IMG/VR virus record: IMGVR_UViG_3300047499_000113
Location: 176,016-240,015 of that record
Strand: one strand, 5' to 3'
DNA: 64,000 nucleotides
Positions 19,419 through 29,149 of the stretch are shown here, piece by piece. Numbering within the stretch: the first letter of the stretch is position 1; each line of letters opens with the position of its first letter. The notes beneath the pieces were generated by a model that saw only the letters and a program-made list of their open reading frames with translations, was not told where the DNA came from and made no database searches. The translations under genes were made by a program, and so were the position numbers.

Positions 19419-20225
19419 TCATTGCACGCTTTCCCCCATCATTTCGTACAGTCGAGCCTCAGAGATCACTTCAGTGCCATATTTCTTGGCATTCTGCATC
19501 TTCTTGGACGTGGTGTCCGTCTCGTTGGTCACCAGGTAGCTGAGCCCGGCGCCTACACTGTCCTTGACAATCCCGCCGGCGTCCATAATCAGCTTCTGCA
19601 CGGCTTTCCGGGGCTTGGAAGTTGCCCCCGTAATGCAGAATGACTTGCCGGAAAGTGGGCCGGCTCCAGGACCCCGGATGTCGAGGACCTCTGCAAGATC
19701 CATTATAGCACGTCGACGGTCTTGGAGCCCATCATAGACCTGCTGGGCGGTCACCGGGCCAATATTCGGGACCTCGCGGAGTTGTTCGACGGTCAAGGCC
19801 AGGACCTTCTCCACAGAGTCGTAACCGGCCTGAACGATGTCCGTTGCAGTCGCCACGGCCAGATTCGGGATGTTCAGTGAAGCGATCAGCAGCTCGAGCT
19901 TGATGCTCTTGTTGGAGTGCAGGATATCATGGCACTTCTTGGCCATCTTCAGGCCCGAAGTGCATTCGGCGATTTCCTCAGGCTCGAGCTTGTAGAGATC
20001 GGCCAACGACTGGATCTTTGGGCTGTCTGGATTGGTGAGCGCGTCGATGAGCGCGTCGCCCCAATGCAACAGACCTAGCCGCTTGACCCAAACCCGCACC
20101 GAGCCCGAAAGCTGGACTGGACAGGCGCGGTTCCGGCAGTAGAGGAACTGCCCCTCGACGCTCAGTGATCCTGAACAGGCGGGACAGTGATCGGGAATCG
20201 CGAAATAGTCGGGTGCCGCGTTCAT
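19419..20225 (-). CDS. ligA: NAD-dependent DNA ligase, C-terminal half (Zn finger, HhH, BRCT)
   Basis: CPAC...C...C Zn finger, 'VPNIGPVTA' HhH, 'GKSFCITG...KMQNAKKYGTEVISE' BRCT; ATG at 20225 preferred (own -10-like element), alternative GTG at 20249. Confidence 0.9.
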   Translation of the reverse strand: MNAAPDYFAIPDHCPACSGSLSVEGQFLYCRNRACPVQLSGSVRVWVKRLGLLHWGDALIDALTNPDSPKIQSLADLYKLEPEEIAECTSGLKMAKKCHDILHSNKSIKLELLIASLNIPNLAVATATDIVQAGYDSVEKVLALTVEQLREVPNIGPVTAQQVYDGLQDRRRAIMDLAEVLDIRGPGAGPLSGKSFCITGATSKPRKAVQKLIMDAGGIVKDSVGAGLSYLVTNETDTTSKKMQNAKKYGTEVISEARLYEMMGESVQ

Positions 20226-20263
20226 ACCCTGCCAGGATACATCCGCCACTCTGGAGCTTACGA

Positions 20264-20803
20264 CTACTGCGCGGCCTCTTGGGCCTGCTGCTCCTCTTCC
20301 TGCTCCTGACCGCCCTGCCCCTGACCCTCAGCCAGGGCCTCCTCGAGAGCGGCCTCCTCGTTGTCGCCACCCTCGCCGCCCATATCAACGAGCGGGGCTT
20401 CCGCCGGCTGAGGGGCGCCACCCTCTTCGCCGTAGGTGAAGTCGCTCTCGGCCATGCTGTACTTGCCCTCGTAGAAGGCTTTGGAGAAGGCCGACAGCTC
20501 GTTGCCGAGAGTCAGTACGGCTTCCGAGATCCGCTCGAGCCGCGAAAGTTCTTCACCCGCAAAGTCGCCCTCGAGGCGGGCAAGCTTCGCGTACAGGACG
20601 TGGGTGTCCTTGAGCACGTCCGCGATGTAGGAGTGAACTCGCTGCCACTCGGCCTCGCGGTCGACGGCAGCCGTCTGATGCCGGATGGTGCGGGATACTT
20701 CAGCAGCCAATGCAGCAAAGCGCGCCTGGCGGACCTTCACTTGAGGGGGCTGCCTGAGTGCTTGCGCGACTTCAGAGGCGGCCTTGGCGAGCTGCTGTGA
20801 CAT
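20264..20803 (-). CDS. Hypothetical protein with acidic tail
   Basis: 179 aa helical ORF. Confidence 0.65.
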   Translation of the reverse strand: MSQQLAKAASEVAQALRQPPQVKVRQARFAALAAEVSRTIRHQTAAVDREAEWQRVHSYIADVLKDTHVLYAKLARLEGDFAGEELSRLERISEAVLTLGNELSAFSKAFYEGKYSMAESDFTYGEEGGAPQPAEAPLVDMGGEGGDNEEAALEEALAEGQGQGGQEQEEEQQAQEAAQ

Positions 20804-20843
20804 GGTATGCCTTATCCCTTTCCTTCCAGGCGCAACAAAGGAT

Positions 20844-21278
20844 CTAGGAGGCCATCACCTTGGCCACCTCGATAAGTTCCAGGATGGTCTCGATGCTTTC
20901 GACCTGTGTGTAGAAGAAGTAGTCGTGCCTCTGACCCTTGAGATAGGTCGCGCGGATGATCCCCGAGTATTTCTCCTGCAGGATTCTCTCGACTGCTTCC
21001 TGACTTGGCATACCTGGAAGGTCGCCGATATCACGGATCCAAACCATTCGGACCTTCGCCATCTCGCCGACTCGCGGTGCACAATATCCGAGACCCGGAC
21101 GCTCGAGCTCGACGTAGCAGATGAAGCCGGCCGCGGCGAGCATGTCCCGCCCATGCTCGCGGAACAGATCTTCGACTGCTTTCAGGTACTGCTTGTAACT
21201 GGAAGAGTCACCCTCAGAGAAGTAGGTGATTCTCCGCTCAGGCGTAGCTTTCGATTTCTTGAGCGTACCCTTTGGCAT
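20844..21278 (-). CDS. Hypothetical protein ending VMAS
   Basis: 144 aa, divergent from the ligase N-half. Confidence 0.55.
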   Translation of the reverse strand: MPKGTLKKSKATPERRITYFSEGDSSSYKQYLKAVEDLFREHGRDMLAAAGFICYVELERPGLGYCAPRVGEMAKVRMVWIRDIGDLPGMPSQEAVERILQEKYSGIIRATYLKGQRHDYFFYTQVESIETILELIEVAKVMAS

Positions 21279-22389
21279 GCCTGAGGAGTCCCTGGAAGAA
21301 GCCCGAACCCGCCTCCGACGCTACCAGGAGGCTTATTACAACCTCGAGCCCCTCGTACCCGATTCCGAGTACGACGCGCTGGTCGAGTGGGTGCGGCAGC
21401 AGGATCCAAACGCGCCCGAACTCAAGAAGGTCGGGGCACCAGTCCCAACCCATTCAGTTTGGGAGAAGGTCGCGCACGACATCCCCATGGGTTCGCTCAG
21501 CAAGGCCAACAACGAGGCGGAGTTCCTCGAATGGGCCGGCAAACTCTCCGCCGAGACTTGGTTCATCACGCATAAAATCGACGGATCGTCGATGGAGCTG
21601 GTCTACAAGGCCGGCAAGCTCATCAGATGCGTGACTCGCGGCGACGGGATGATCGGCGAGGATGTGACCGCAAACATCGCCCAAGTTCCGTCAGTCCCCA
21701 AAGAACTGCCGGTGAAGGTCGATGTGACGGTCCGGGGCGAAATCGTCATGTTCAAGGACGTGTTCAAGGAAAAGTATGCCGAGGAATACGCCAATCCGCG
21801 CAACACGGCCGCCGGCAAGGTCCGACAGAAGAAGGATGGAGGCGAGTCATGCCAGGACCTCGAGTTCCTGGCCTACTGGATGAAGATGGGCAACCATCTC
21901 GACCAGCCCAAGACGATGCACGTCACTTTCATGTGGCTGCAAAATCACGGCTTCAAGACGCCGGCCGGTCTCGCATCCGCCGAACTCGACGCCATCAAAT
22001 CCCACTTCGCGCAGACGGCCAAAGAACGAGATGCGGTCCCGTACGAGATTGACGGGATGGTCGTATCCGTCAACAGTCTCGAGCTGATGGAGGAGTTGGG
22101 GGACCTCAACATGCGCCCGCGCGGTCAAATCGCGTGGAAATTCGAAGCCCTCATGGGCATCACGCGCATGGTCGCGGTCAAATGGCAGGTGGGCCCCTCC
22201 GGACGCGTCACTCCGGTCGCTGAGGTCGAGCCCGTCGAGGTCGGAGGGGTCACCATCACGAGTGTCAGCCTGCACAATCTTTCCATCTTCCGAGATCTCA
22301 AGCTCTGGAAGGGGTGCCGGGTCCTCGTGTCCCGGCGCAACGACGTCATCCCGTATATCGAGAAGAACCTCGACCTCGAAGCGGCATGA
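21277..22389 (+). CDS. ligA: NAD-dependent DNA ligase, N-terminal half (Ia, adenylation, OB)
   Basis: YY...DSEYD, PMGSL, KIDG (motif I), TRGDG, RGE, NPRN.AAG, IDG.V, AWKF, QVGPSG, RRNDVIP (motif VI), then stop. Confidence 0.92.
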   Translation: MPEESLEEARTRLRRYQEAYYNLEPLVPDSEYDALVEWVRQQDPNAPELKKVGAPVPTHSVWEKVAHDIPMGSLSKANNEAEFLEWAGKLSAETWFITHKIDGSSMELVYKAGKLIRCVTRGDGMIGEDVTANIAQVPSVPKELPVKVDVTVRGEIVMFKDVFKEKYAEEYANPRNTAAGKVRQKKDGGESCQDLEFLAYWMKMGNHLDQPKTMHVTFMWLQNHGFKTPAGLASAELDAIKSHFAQTAKERDAVPYEIDGMVVSVNSLELMEELGDLNMRPRGQIAWKFEALMGITRMVAVKWQVGPSGRVTPVAEVEPVEVGGVTITSVSLHNLSIFRDLKLWKGCRVLVSRRNDVIPYIEKNLDLEAA

Positions 22390-22616
22390 ACGCCCACAAA
22401 TGGGTAATGGGTGCGCCCGTCGCCAAGTATAATGACGACGGGTCGGTCTCGAAATACGTGATGAAGTTCGTATGCACCGTTTGCGGCACTGAGGTGAGAC
22501 TCGGAAGGCCGAACTCTCTTGTGAGCTTCGACTTGCCACTACCCGACGAGATGCGCGATAATCATATCGACGCAGATTGCGATATGACGCAAGTACGTCA
22601 GGTGATGGAGAGCTAG
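22386..22616 (+). CDS. Small HxW-CxxC protein ending VMES
   Basis: MNAHKW...CTVCG...CDMTQVRQVMES; ATGA overlap with the ligase stop. Confidence 0.7.
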   Translation: MNAHKWVMGAPVAKYNDDGSVSKYVMKFVCTVCGTEVRLGRPNSLVSFDLPLPDEMRDNHIDADCDMTQVRQVMES

Positions 22617-22820
22617 ATGCGCGAGCACAAGTGGGTTCCCGTCTCGTCCGACTGCACGGAATGGGAGTGTGAGCTTTGCGGCTTCGAAACCGTCAAAGCC
22701 GGAGTCCCGTGCCGGAACCTACCGCTCATCTACACCGTTCCTGAGACAGGCGAAGAGCTGAAGTTCTACTGCGACGACATCGCAGCCATCGTCTTCGTCA
22801 TCGACGTGCACGATTCCTAG
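22617..22820 (+). CDS. Small HxW-CxxC protein ending VHDS
   Basis: MREHKW...CELCG...CDD...VIDVHDS. Confidence 0.7.
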   Translation: MREHKWVPVSSDCTEWECELCGFETVKAGVPCRNLPLIYTVPETGEELKFYCDDIAAIVFVIDVHDS

Positions 22821-23065
22821 CCGTTGCGCTCTCGGGTCGCTTGAATCATCCGCTCGATGGTCGAGATGGTCTCGAACGATGCGCAGGTGAATCTGACCTG
22901 CTTGCCTTCGTTCAACTTGAACCACTCTTGAGAGGAAAACGCCACGCCATCTGAGTCAACGATGACGTACTCGCCCTTCTCAGGATCGTGCACGATCGTG
23001 CCGTCAAGGATTTGACCGCGGTCGTATCCGAACTTGAATTGGTCGCGGACGTTGTCGTACTTCAT
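22817..23065 (-). CDS. Hypothetical protein
   Basis: 82 aa. Confidence 0.6.
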   Translation of the reverse strand: MKYDNVRDQFKFGYDRGQILDGTIVHDPEKGEYVIVDSDGVAFSSQEWFKLNEGKQVRFTCASFETISTIERMIQATRERNG

Positions 23066-23203
23066 TCCGCGACACTACCGCTTGGCTCTTCGCCGTCCAG
23101 TCCCGCCGCACCAGATGCAAGTGCGAGGTCCGAAGTAGTCGGGCTCTTTGCCAGTGCCTCTGCAGGCAAAGCACACGACGTAGAGCACGTGGACAGGCTG
23201 CAT

Positions 23204-26200
23204 TCAGCTACAGCCGGTCGTTTGACCGCACGAAGTGCACAGGTAGCACGACCCATTGCGCTGCGTGATGCTGCCGCACCGAGCGCACGGAGGGCCACCG
23301 AGATTCTTGCGGGGAGGAACAGGCTCTTCCGCCGTAGCGACGGCCTGGATGCGTGTCGACGAATCGGGCTCCTTCGAGATTCCCTCGCGAACGTCCATTG
23401 CCGGCGGAGGAGCTTCAGACGCCTTCATCTGAGCGAGCTTCTCCTCGAGGCCCGAGTGCGAGCCGCCGTAGTAACGGACATCGAGCACCTTGAACAGGTA
23501 GTCGTACAGGCTCTTGGCGAACCTGATGTGCTTGTTCGAGGTGATGCCGGCGGGCTCGAACCTCGTATCGACGAAGCTTTGGATGAGCTTCGGCAGAGGC
23601 ACGCCATACTGAAGAGCGATGCTCATCAGCTGCGTGAATCCGTCGATGAGGCCCGAAATCGTGCTTCCTGGCTTTCCGAGCTTGAGGAATACCTCGCCCG
23701 GTCGCCCGTCCGCGTATTCGCCGACGATGATGTATCCCTTGTAGCCGTCGATCTCGAACTTGTGGCGCCAGCTGTTGACCTCGGCGGGCAGCTTCTCACG
23801 ACGTGCTCCAGCGGCCTTCGCTTCCGCGATGAGCTGGTCGACCGGAGGAGCCTTCGGCGCCGGCGCGGGCCTGATCCCTTCCTTGTCGCCGTCCTTCTTG
23901 GTAGAAAGAGGCTGCGAAGCCTTGCACCCGTCACGGTAGAGCGCGATGCACTTGAGCCCGAGCCGCCAGCTCTCCTCGTAGATCTTGGCGATTTCCTCGG
24001 CCGTGATCTCGCTCGGAAGATTGACGGTCTTGCTCATCGCGCACGTGATGAGCGGTTGTATGGCCGCCATCATCTTGATGTGCGCCATGGGCGAAAGGTA
24101 TCGACCGCCAGGTGCAGAAGGCATTGCGCAGTCGAATACTGGAAGGTGCTCGGGCTTGAGACCCGGAGCGCCTTCGATGGTGCCGTTGTCCTCGAGGGAC
24201 TTGCAGATGGTGTTGATCTGGTCTTCGGCGTAGCCGAGTCCGAGAAGCGCGTCACGTACGCCCGTGTTCACCAGGCGCAGAGAGCCTCCGCCCACCATGC
24301 TCTTGTAGCTCACGAGCGAGAACGCCGGCTCGATGCCGGTGGTGCTCATTCCCATGAGGAACGAGATGGTGCCGAGAGGCGCCTGGAGAGAAGCCTGCGA
24401 TACCGAGTAGCCGTACCTCTCACCAAGAGCGATTGCCTCGCGCCACACCTCGGCCGACGTCGGAACCACGTCGTCCCCGGTCGGAGACGACTCGAGATGC
24501 CAGCGCTTGATGATGGTCGCATCAGCTTCTTGATGCATCTTCATCACGCGGAGCATGTCCTCGCGGTTCAGCTCGAAATCCGGGAACGAGCCGACACGCG
24601 CCGCGAGCTTCGCCGCGGTGACGTAGACCATGCCCGTCATGAGCGATGCCATCTGCGCAGCTACCGCACGACCTTCGTCGGTGTCGTAACCGTAGCCGAG
24701 CTTCATCAACAGCGCTCCGAGGTCGCCGTAGTTCGTCCCGATGGGGCGCAGCTTGTGCGAGTTGTGCGCGATCTCTTCGGTCGGGTAATCCGCCTTGTCG
24801 ATGATCGCCATCTGCGAGGTCGAGAACAGGCGAACAGCCTGCTCGAAACGCGCCTTGACGAACTTGCGACCGTCGAAGAACTTCGTCAGGTTGATCGCGC
24901 ACAGGTTGCACGCCGTGTTGTCGACATGCAGGAACTCGCTGCAGTTGTGAGCCACCACCCCGTCAGCAATCAGAGAGCTCGTCTCCGGCTCCGTGATGTC
25001 ATAAACGAGGGTTTGCTCGCCTTTGTCGACGACCCTTACGACTTCATCGGTCCATTGATCACGGCCGTTGTTGTTCACGCCTTCCGGGATTTCGTCCAAA
25101 CGCGCCTGCTTGCGTGAGGAGAGGAGACCCACTTCGAGCATAAGAGATTTGAAGGTACGCAGACTCTGTCCAGTGATGACGAGATCGTTCGTTTTTTCCT
25201 TGGACGGGTAAGTCCGGACTTCCCCAGATTTGGTCGTATACGTGAACGACGGCTTATCGCCAGGACGCCGATCCTTATAAAGAGTGCTGTTGACGCCGAG
25301 GTTCAGAAGAAGAGCCTGCACTCCGCGCAGAAGTTCCAGGCTGGTGGAGCTGAAGCGAGCGTCGACGTTCTTCTTCGGCTGGATGTTGAAAGTCCCATCC
25401 GCAGAGAACAGGCCAGAGAGGAACGAGAGCTGCTCCAGTCGAGTGGAGCAAAAAACCGCGTCCATCACTTTCTTGACTGGAGCCTTCGTTCCCGGCTCGC
25501 AAGAAAGCGTGGACATTAGTTGCCAGACAGCCTTTCGGTGAATACGGACATAGTCCGGACTTTCACCCACAGAGCCGTCCTGACGCTTCAACGAGTATGG
25601 GATGTCGTTCCGTTCGAAGAACTTCGAGACGGTATCGAGGACGTCCTTGTCGTCACGACCGAACAGAAGGCCAACCTCGTGAGTGTTTCTGCAGGGGAGA
25701 GGTCGCAGAACCCAGCCGTCGCCGACGACCCAGCCGGCGAGCTTATGCCACATCAGGCGATCGTCGACAGCAGAGAAAGCTTTTTGAGCCTCCGTCGGGA
25801 GGCATGGCTCAGCACCCTTCTCAGAGAAGGCTCCCTGTCCGGCCTGAAGCATCAGGATGCTTTCATCCGTCAGATCGCGCGCTTCAACCCAGCCGTCCTT
25901 GGTCATGAGGCGATGATCATGGGTGACTTTGATGACACGGCCTCGACGCGTGTGAACCTCGACGAGGTGATGGACACCGGTCGGGAAGACGACCGCGTCC
26001 TTGAGCTGAGGACCGTCCGGAGTTTGGACGAGAGTGCGGAATGTCGGTTTATTCGAGTCAAAAGACTCGAACTCGGAGCAGAGATCCTCAATTCGCACGA
26101 GTCCATGCTCAGTGGCGATCCTAGTGTCCGGATGGAAGCACGGATTGCTCGCACGGATCGGACCACTCTTGGGAGTGGTGTGCCACCTGTTGATGGCGTC

Positions 26201-27289
26201 CGTGAACTGCACGCCAGGGTCTCCACAGACCCACGCGGCTTGAGCGATCTCGTTCCACAGCTCACGTGCCTTGTACTTGTGAACTGTCTTGCCCGAGCGG
26301 CGTTCCTTCGTTTCCCACTGCCCGTCGTCGAGCATGGCCTGCATGAAGGAGTCCGGCACCGACACTGAGTTGTTGGCCGCCTGGAATCGAATCCGCTTGT
26401 AGGCCCCATTCGGATCGTCGTACGCAGCCGAGTAGCCCGCCGCCACGAGCGCGTGAGCAAGCTTCTCCTCTTCCGCCTTGCAGCGGATGAAGCCCGGACG
26501 TCCATCGCGAGTCTGTAGCACGTCGGGATGGTCCATGTCCATCACGACCATCTTGGCCGCGTTGCGTGTGGCGCCGCCTGACTTCATCGCCTTGGCGTAG
26601 GCGTCGAGTCCTTCCATCCACGAGATTGGACCGGACGTGTACGAGCCAGACGAGATCTTCTCGTAAGAGGAACGGAGCTTCGAGATGTTGGCGCCGGAAC
26701 CAGATCCTGAACGGAAAATCTTCATCTCCGCGGTCTGATACTTCATGATGTCTTCGATGGAGTCGTTGACATCTTGGATGAAGCACGCCGAGGCCATCTG
26801 AGCGCGGCCGGCGATACCGAGATTGAACCACACAGGCGAGTTGAACGCGCCGTACTGGTGGAGAAGAGCGTAGCAAAGCTCCTCCTCGAACACCTGCGCG
26901 TCCCTGTCCGTGTTGAAGTATTTCTGCTCCTCGGCCCAGCGGCGGAGAGTCGAGCATACGCGCTGGAAGACTTGCTTGACGGAAGTCTCACGCACGCCGT
27001 TGATCACGCGGAAGTATTTATCCGCAACGACGTTGATGTTGTTCTGAGTCCACCACGCGGGCACCTCGATGTCCTTCTGAAAGAACACCACGTCGCCCTT
27101 GGCGTTGCGGATCTCAGCATCGGCACGACGCCACTCCACCTCGTCGAAAGGATGGACGCCGTCCTTCGTGAAAACACGGGGCCAGTGACCAGCTTCTTTG
27201 GCGATGCGCGCTTGCTCCGACGACAGATCAGCACGGGTCCCTTTCAGGATCGGTACCACTTGTGCTGACATTACGCTAGCGCTTGACAT
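23204..27289 (-). CDS. nrdJ: Class II (B12-dependent) ribonucleotide reductase with intein
   Basis: FNSPVW, SACF, NPC|SE, ACNLCAINL, APLGTIS, SKTVN, YRDG, C-terminal TSCPD-like region and Zn ribbon. Confidence 0.93.
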   Translation of the reverse strand: MSSASVMSAQVVPILKGTRADLSSEQARIAKEAGHWPRVFTKDGVHPFDEVEWRRADAEIRNAKGDVVFFQKDIEVPAWWTQNNINVVADKYFRVINGVRETSVKQVFQRVCSTLRRWAEEQKYFNTDRDAQVFEEELCYALLHQYGAFNSPVWFNLGIAGRAQMASACFIQDVNDSIEDIMKYQTAEMKIFRSGSGSGANISKLRSSYEKISSGSYTSGPISWMEGLDAYAKAMKSGGATRNAAKMVVMDMDHPDVLQTRDGRPGFIRCKAEEEKLAHALVAAGYSAAYDDPNGAYKRIRFQAANNSVSVPDSFMQAMLDDGQWETKERRSGKTVHKYKARELWNEIAQAAWVCGDPGVQFTDAINRWHTTPKSGPIRASNPCFHPDTRIATEHGLVRIEDLCSEFESFDSNKPTFRTLVQTPDGPQLKDAVVFPTGVHHLVEVHTRRGRVIKVTHDHRLMTKDGWVEARDLTDESILMLQAGQGAFSEKGAEPCLPTEAQKAFSAVDDRLMWHKLAGWVVGDGWVLRPLPCRNTHEVGLLFGRDDKDVLDTVSKFFERNDIPYSLKRQDGSVGESPDYVRIHRKAVWQLMSTLSCEPGTKAPVKKVMDAVFCSTRLEQLSFLSGLFSADGTFNIQPKKNVDARFSSTSLELLRGVQALLLNLGVNSTLYKDRRPGDKPSFTYTTKSGEVRTYPSKEKTNDLVITGQSLRTFKSLMLEVGLLSSRKQARLDEIPEGVNNNGRDQWTDEVVRVVDKGEQTLVYDITEPETSSLIADGVVAHNCSEFLHVDNTACNLCAINLTKFFDGRKFVKARFEQAVRLFSTSQMAIIDKADYPTEEIAHNSHKLRPIGTNYGDLGALLMKLGYGYDTDEGRAVAAQMASLMTGMVYVTAAKLAARVGSFPDFELNREDMLRVMKMHQEADATIIKRWHLESSPTGDDVVPTSAEVWREAIALGERYGYSVSQASLQAPLGTISFLMGMSTTGIEPAFSLVSYKSMVGGGSLRLVNTGVRDALLGLGYAEDQINTICKSLEDNGTIEGAPGLKPEHLPVFDCAMPSAPGGRYLSPMAHIKMMAAIQPLITCAMSKTVNLPSEITAEEIAKIYEESWRLGLKCIALYRDGCKASQPLSTKKDGDKEGIRPAPAPKAPPVDQLIAEAKAAGARREKLPAEVNSWRHKFEIDGYKGYIIVGEYADGRPGEVFLKLGKPGSTISGLIDGFTQLMSIALQYGVPLPKLIQSFVDTRFEPAGITSNKHIRFAKSLYDYLFKVLDVRYYGGSHSGLEEKLAQMKASEAPPPAMDVREGISKEPDSSTRIQAVATAEEPVPPRKNLGGPPCARCGSITQRNGSCYLCTSCGQTTGCS
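24944..26140 (-). mobile_element. 399-aa intein with LAGLIDADG homing endonuclease
   Basis: Starts CFHPDT after SNP; ends VYDI...VAHN before C-S-E; blocks LAGWVVGDG and FLSGLFSADG. Confidence 0.92.
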
Positions 27290-28190
27290 CCTTCGCCTCC
27301 TCAGACAACCGAATCACTTCCAACTCCAGACCAAAGCGCGCCCAAGGACTACCGCGTTTGTGCGCGATGTCCAGGTCGCAAAGCGTGTCGATGGACCGTT
27401 GTAGCGACTGCTTGGTCCATAGACCCTTGCGAGTTACGTACATCCGCTTGAGAACAAACGGATGGACCCCGAGAGTTATGGCGGCCCGGTCGTCGGGTGC
27501 CTTGCTCTCCGCCAGCAGCTCGAACCGCAGCTGCTGAAGTACATGACGCTGCATGTACGCGAGGACCCACCCAGTCTCATCGGTGCGCTCCTGGAGCTTG
27601 TCGAGAAAAGCGAGCGCTCTGGCGGTTTGTCCGTCGCATAACGAGTCAACAACTTCTTTCGGGGTCAGCTCGGCAGAGAAACAGAGGAGGGAGCGTGCTG
27701 CGTCCGGTGATACGACGCTACCTTTTGGCGTGACCAATGCAAGCTTGTCCACCTCTGTAGCGAGCTTACGAAGACTGCTTCCAGAGTTCACAAAAAGAGC
27801 ACCCGCTACTCTCGATAGATCTATGTTGTGCCTTTGACCCTCTTTTAGGATCCAGCCGAGCACTTCGTTGTTTTCCGGATATGACTTCAATTTTGGAAAT
27901 TTCAACGCGCGCTTGGCCTTCGGGTGCGTGAGTGGCTTCTTGCTGAGGACAATCAGCGTGTCATGCTCGTTGACGGGGAGCGCAGGCACCTCCTTAGCAT
28001 CCCAAATGACGTACGCGCGCTTTCCTCCGCCAAGGAGGCAGCACGACGACTCCTGCAGATATTCATCGAGCCCCGCTGAAGTGGCATCGAATTGCAGCAC
28101 TTCTTCAGCGAGACTGAGACGAGCCTCGTCCTGAGCGGCCCGCTCCATCAACAGCTCTTCCTCGCCACTGATGAGGACCAAGACCGGCAT
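27276..28190 (-). CDS. holA: DNA pol III delta subunit-like
   Basis: 'LISGEEELL', 'EVDKLAL', 'LGVHPF', 'LCDLDIAHKRG'; start uncertain. Confidence 0.75.
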   Translation of the reverse strand: MPVLVLISGEEELLMERAAQDEARLSLAEEVLQFDATSAGLDEYLQESSCCLLGGGKRAYVIWDAKEVPALPVNEHDTLIVLSKKPLTHPKAKRALKFPKLKSYPENNEVLGWILKEGQRHNIDLSRVAGALFVNSGSSLRKLATEVDKLALVTPKGSVVSPDAARSLLCFSAELTPKEVVDSLCDGQTARALAFLDKLQERTDETGWVLAYMQRHVLQQLRFELLAESKAPDDRAAITLGVHPFVLKRMYVTRKGLWTKQSLQRSIDTLCDLDIAHKRGSPWARFGLELEVIRLSEEAKDVKR

Positions 28191-28201
28191 GGACTGGTAG
28201 C

Positions 28202-29023
28202 TTACACCAGAGACACCAGATGGGTAGCCATTCTCAGCCAATGGATCTCGGCGCTCGCGGACGGCACGGAGAGTAGAGCGGAGCTGTATCTGAGAATCGT
28301 CACCAACTGATCGGTCGTGGCTTTCTTGAACTTCGCTGCGGTGAGCGCTGCTTCGCGACAAACGTGCGCTACGCACTCTCGTTGCAGGGGTTCTTTGGCC
28401 TCTTTGACGACCTCCGGTACGGAGTCAGTCAGTAGACTGGCCTTGCCCTCGCACGCACGCATGAGGATGTCGAACAACTCGGCGTGCTTGGTGCCGCCCT
28501 CGTTTTCGAACATAGCATGGAAGAGTCCGGGCCGTCCGCCACACAAGATGAGCGCTTTGCTGTCTTCGCCGGATCCGAAGGCGACGGCGAAGTTGCGCAT
28601 CTCCATGAGAGACAAGAGCTTCCATCGAATGGTGCAACGGAATCTCGAGCGGATCGCGGGCTGCAGGAGCCCATCGTCCGGCACCACAAACACGATGCAC
28701 GAATGATCGCCCGGCTGCTCGAGAAGCTTGAGATACGCGTCCTGCGCAGCCTCCGTCATCGTATGCGCATCATCAACGATGACGTACCTATTCGGTGACG
28801 AGAGCGGGTGCGTCTTGCAGAATTCGACCGCCTCGCGAGCCGAATCGATACTTTTGTCTGCCAGGAAGAGATCCGTCTCTGCCGTCAGCTCAGATAGGGT
28901 GTCCCTCAGGAACGTCGCTTTGCCCACGTGCGACGGACCCGTCAGGCACAGACTCCTGGCCGAGCTGTCCAGAGCCACCTTCAGCTTCGACTGCGCTGGG
29001 GAGTTGCCGAAGATTTGCGTCAA
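28202..29023 (-). CDS. holB: DNA pol III delta-prime subunit-like
   Basis: GPSHVGK, 'DDAHTMTEAAQDAYLKLLEQP', 'LQPAIRSR'. Confidence 0.8.
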   Translation of the reverse strand: MTQIFGNSPAQSKLKVALDSSARSLCLTGPSHVGKATFLRDTLSELTAETDLFLADKSIDSAREAVEFCKTHPLSSPNRYVIVDDAHTMTEAAQDAYLKLLEQPGDHSCIVFVVPDDGLLQPAIRSRFRCTIRWKLLSLMEMRNFAVAFGSGEDSKALILCGGRPGLFHAMFENEGGTKHAELFDILMRACEGKASLLTDSVPEVVKEAKEPLQRECVAHVCREAALTAAKFKKATTDQLVTILRYSSALLSVPSASAEIHWLRMATHLVSLV

Positions 29024-29149
29024 CGTCAGGACCTCGAAGCTCGATGAGTTCGAACTTCACCTGAAAGATACAACGACACTTCAGGCAGACGAGCTGGTTG
29101 ACGTAACCGCAAGCCTCCAGCGGGCTATTGCAGTGCAGACAGAAGAAGG

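Noticed and set aside
22380-22389. Split intein joining the ligase halves
   Set aside because: No intein N-terminal block after motif VI and no HN-C/S/T block before the Zn finger.
22605-22619. VMES motif as a mere by-product of a GGAG Shine-Dalgarno for the next gene
   Set aside because: Plausible at 22616 and 44017 only; the HES, HDS, MAS, MTS, MCS and ATG-GAA variants have no GGAG, and several precede convergent genes.
22988-25117. Long antisense ORFs (709 aa here; also 1460-2560, 11599-12771, 16514-17605, 57563-58882, 59303-60349)
   Set aside because: Shadow frames opposite well-supported genes in GC-rich DNA; no recognisable motifs.
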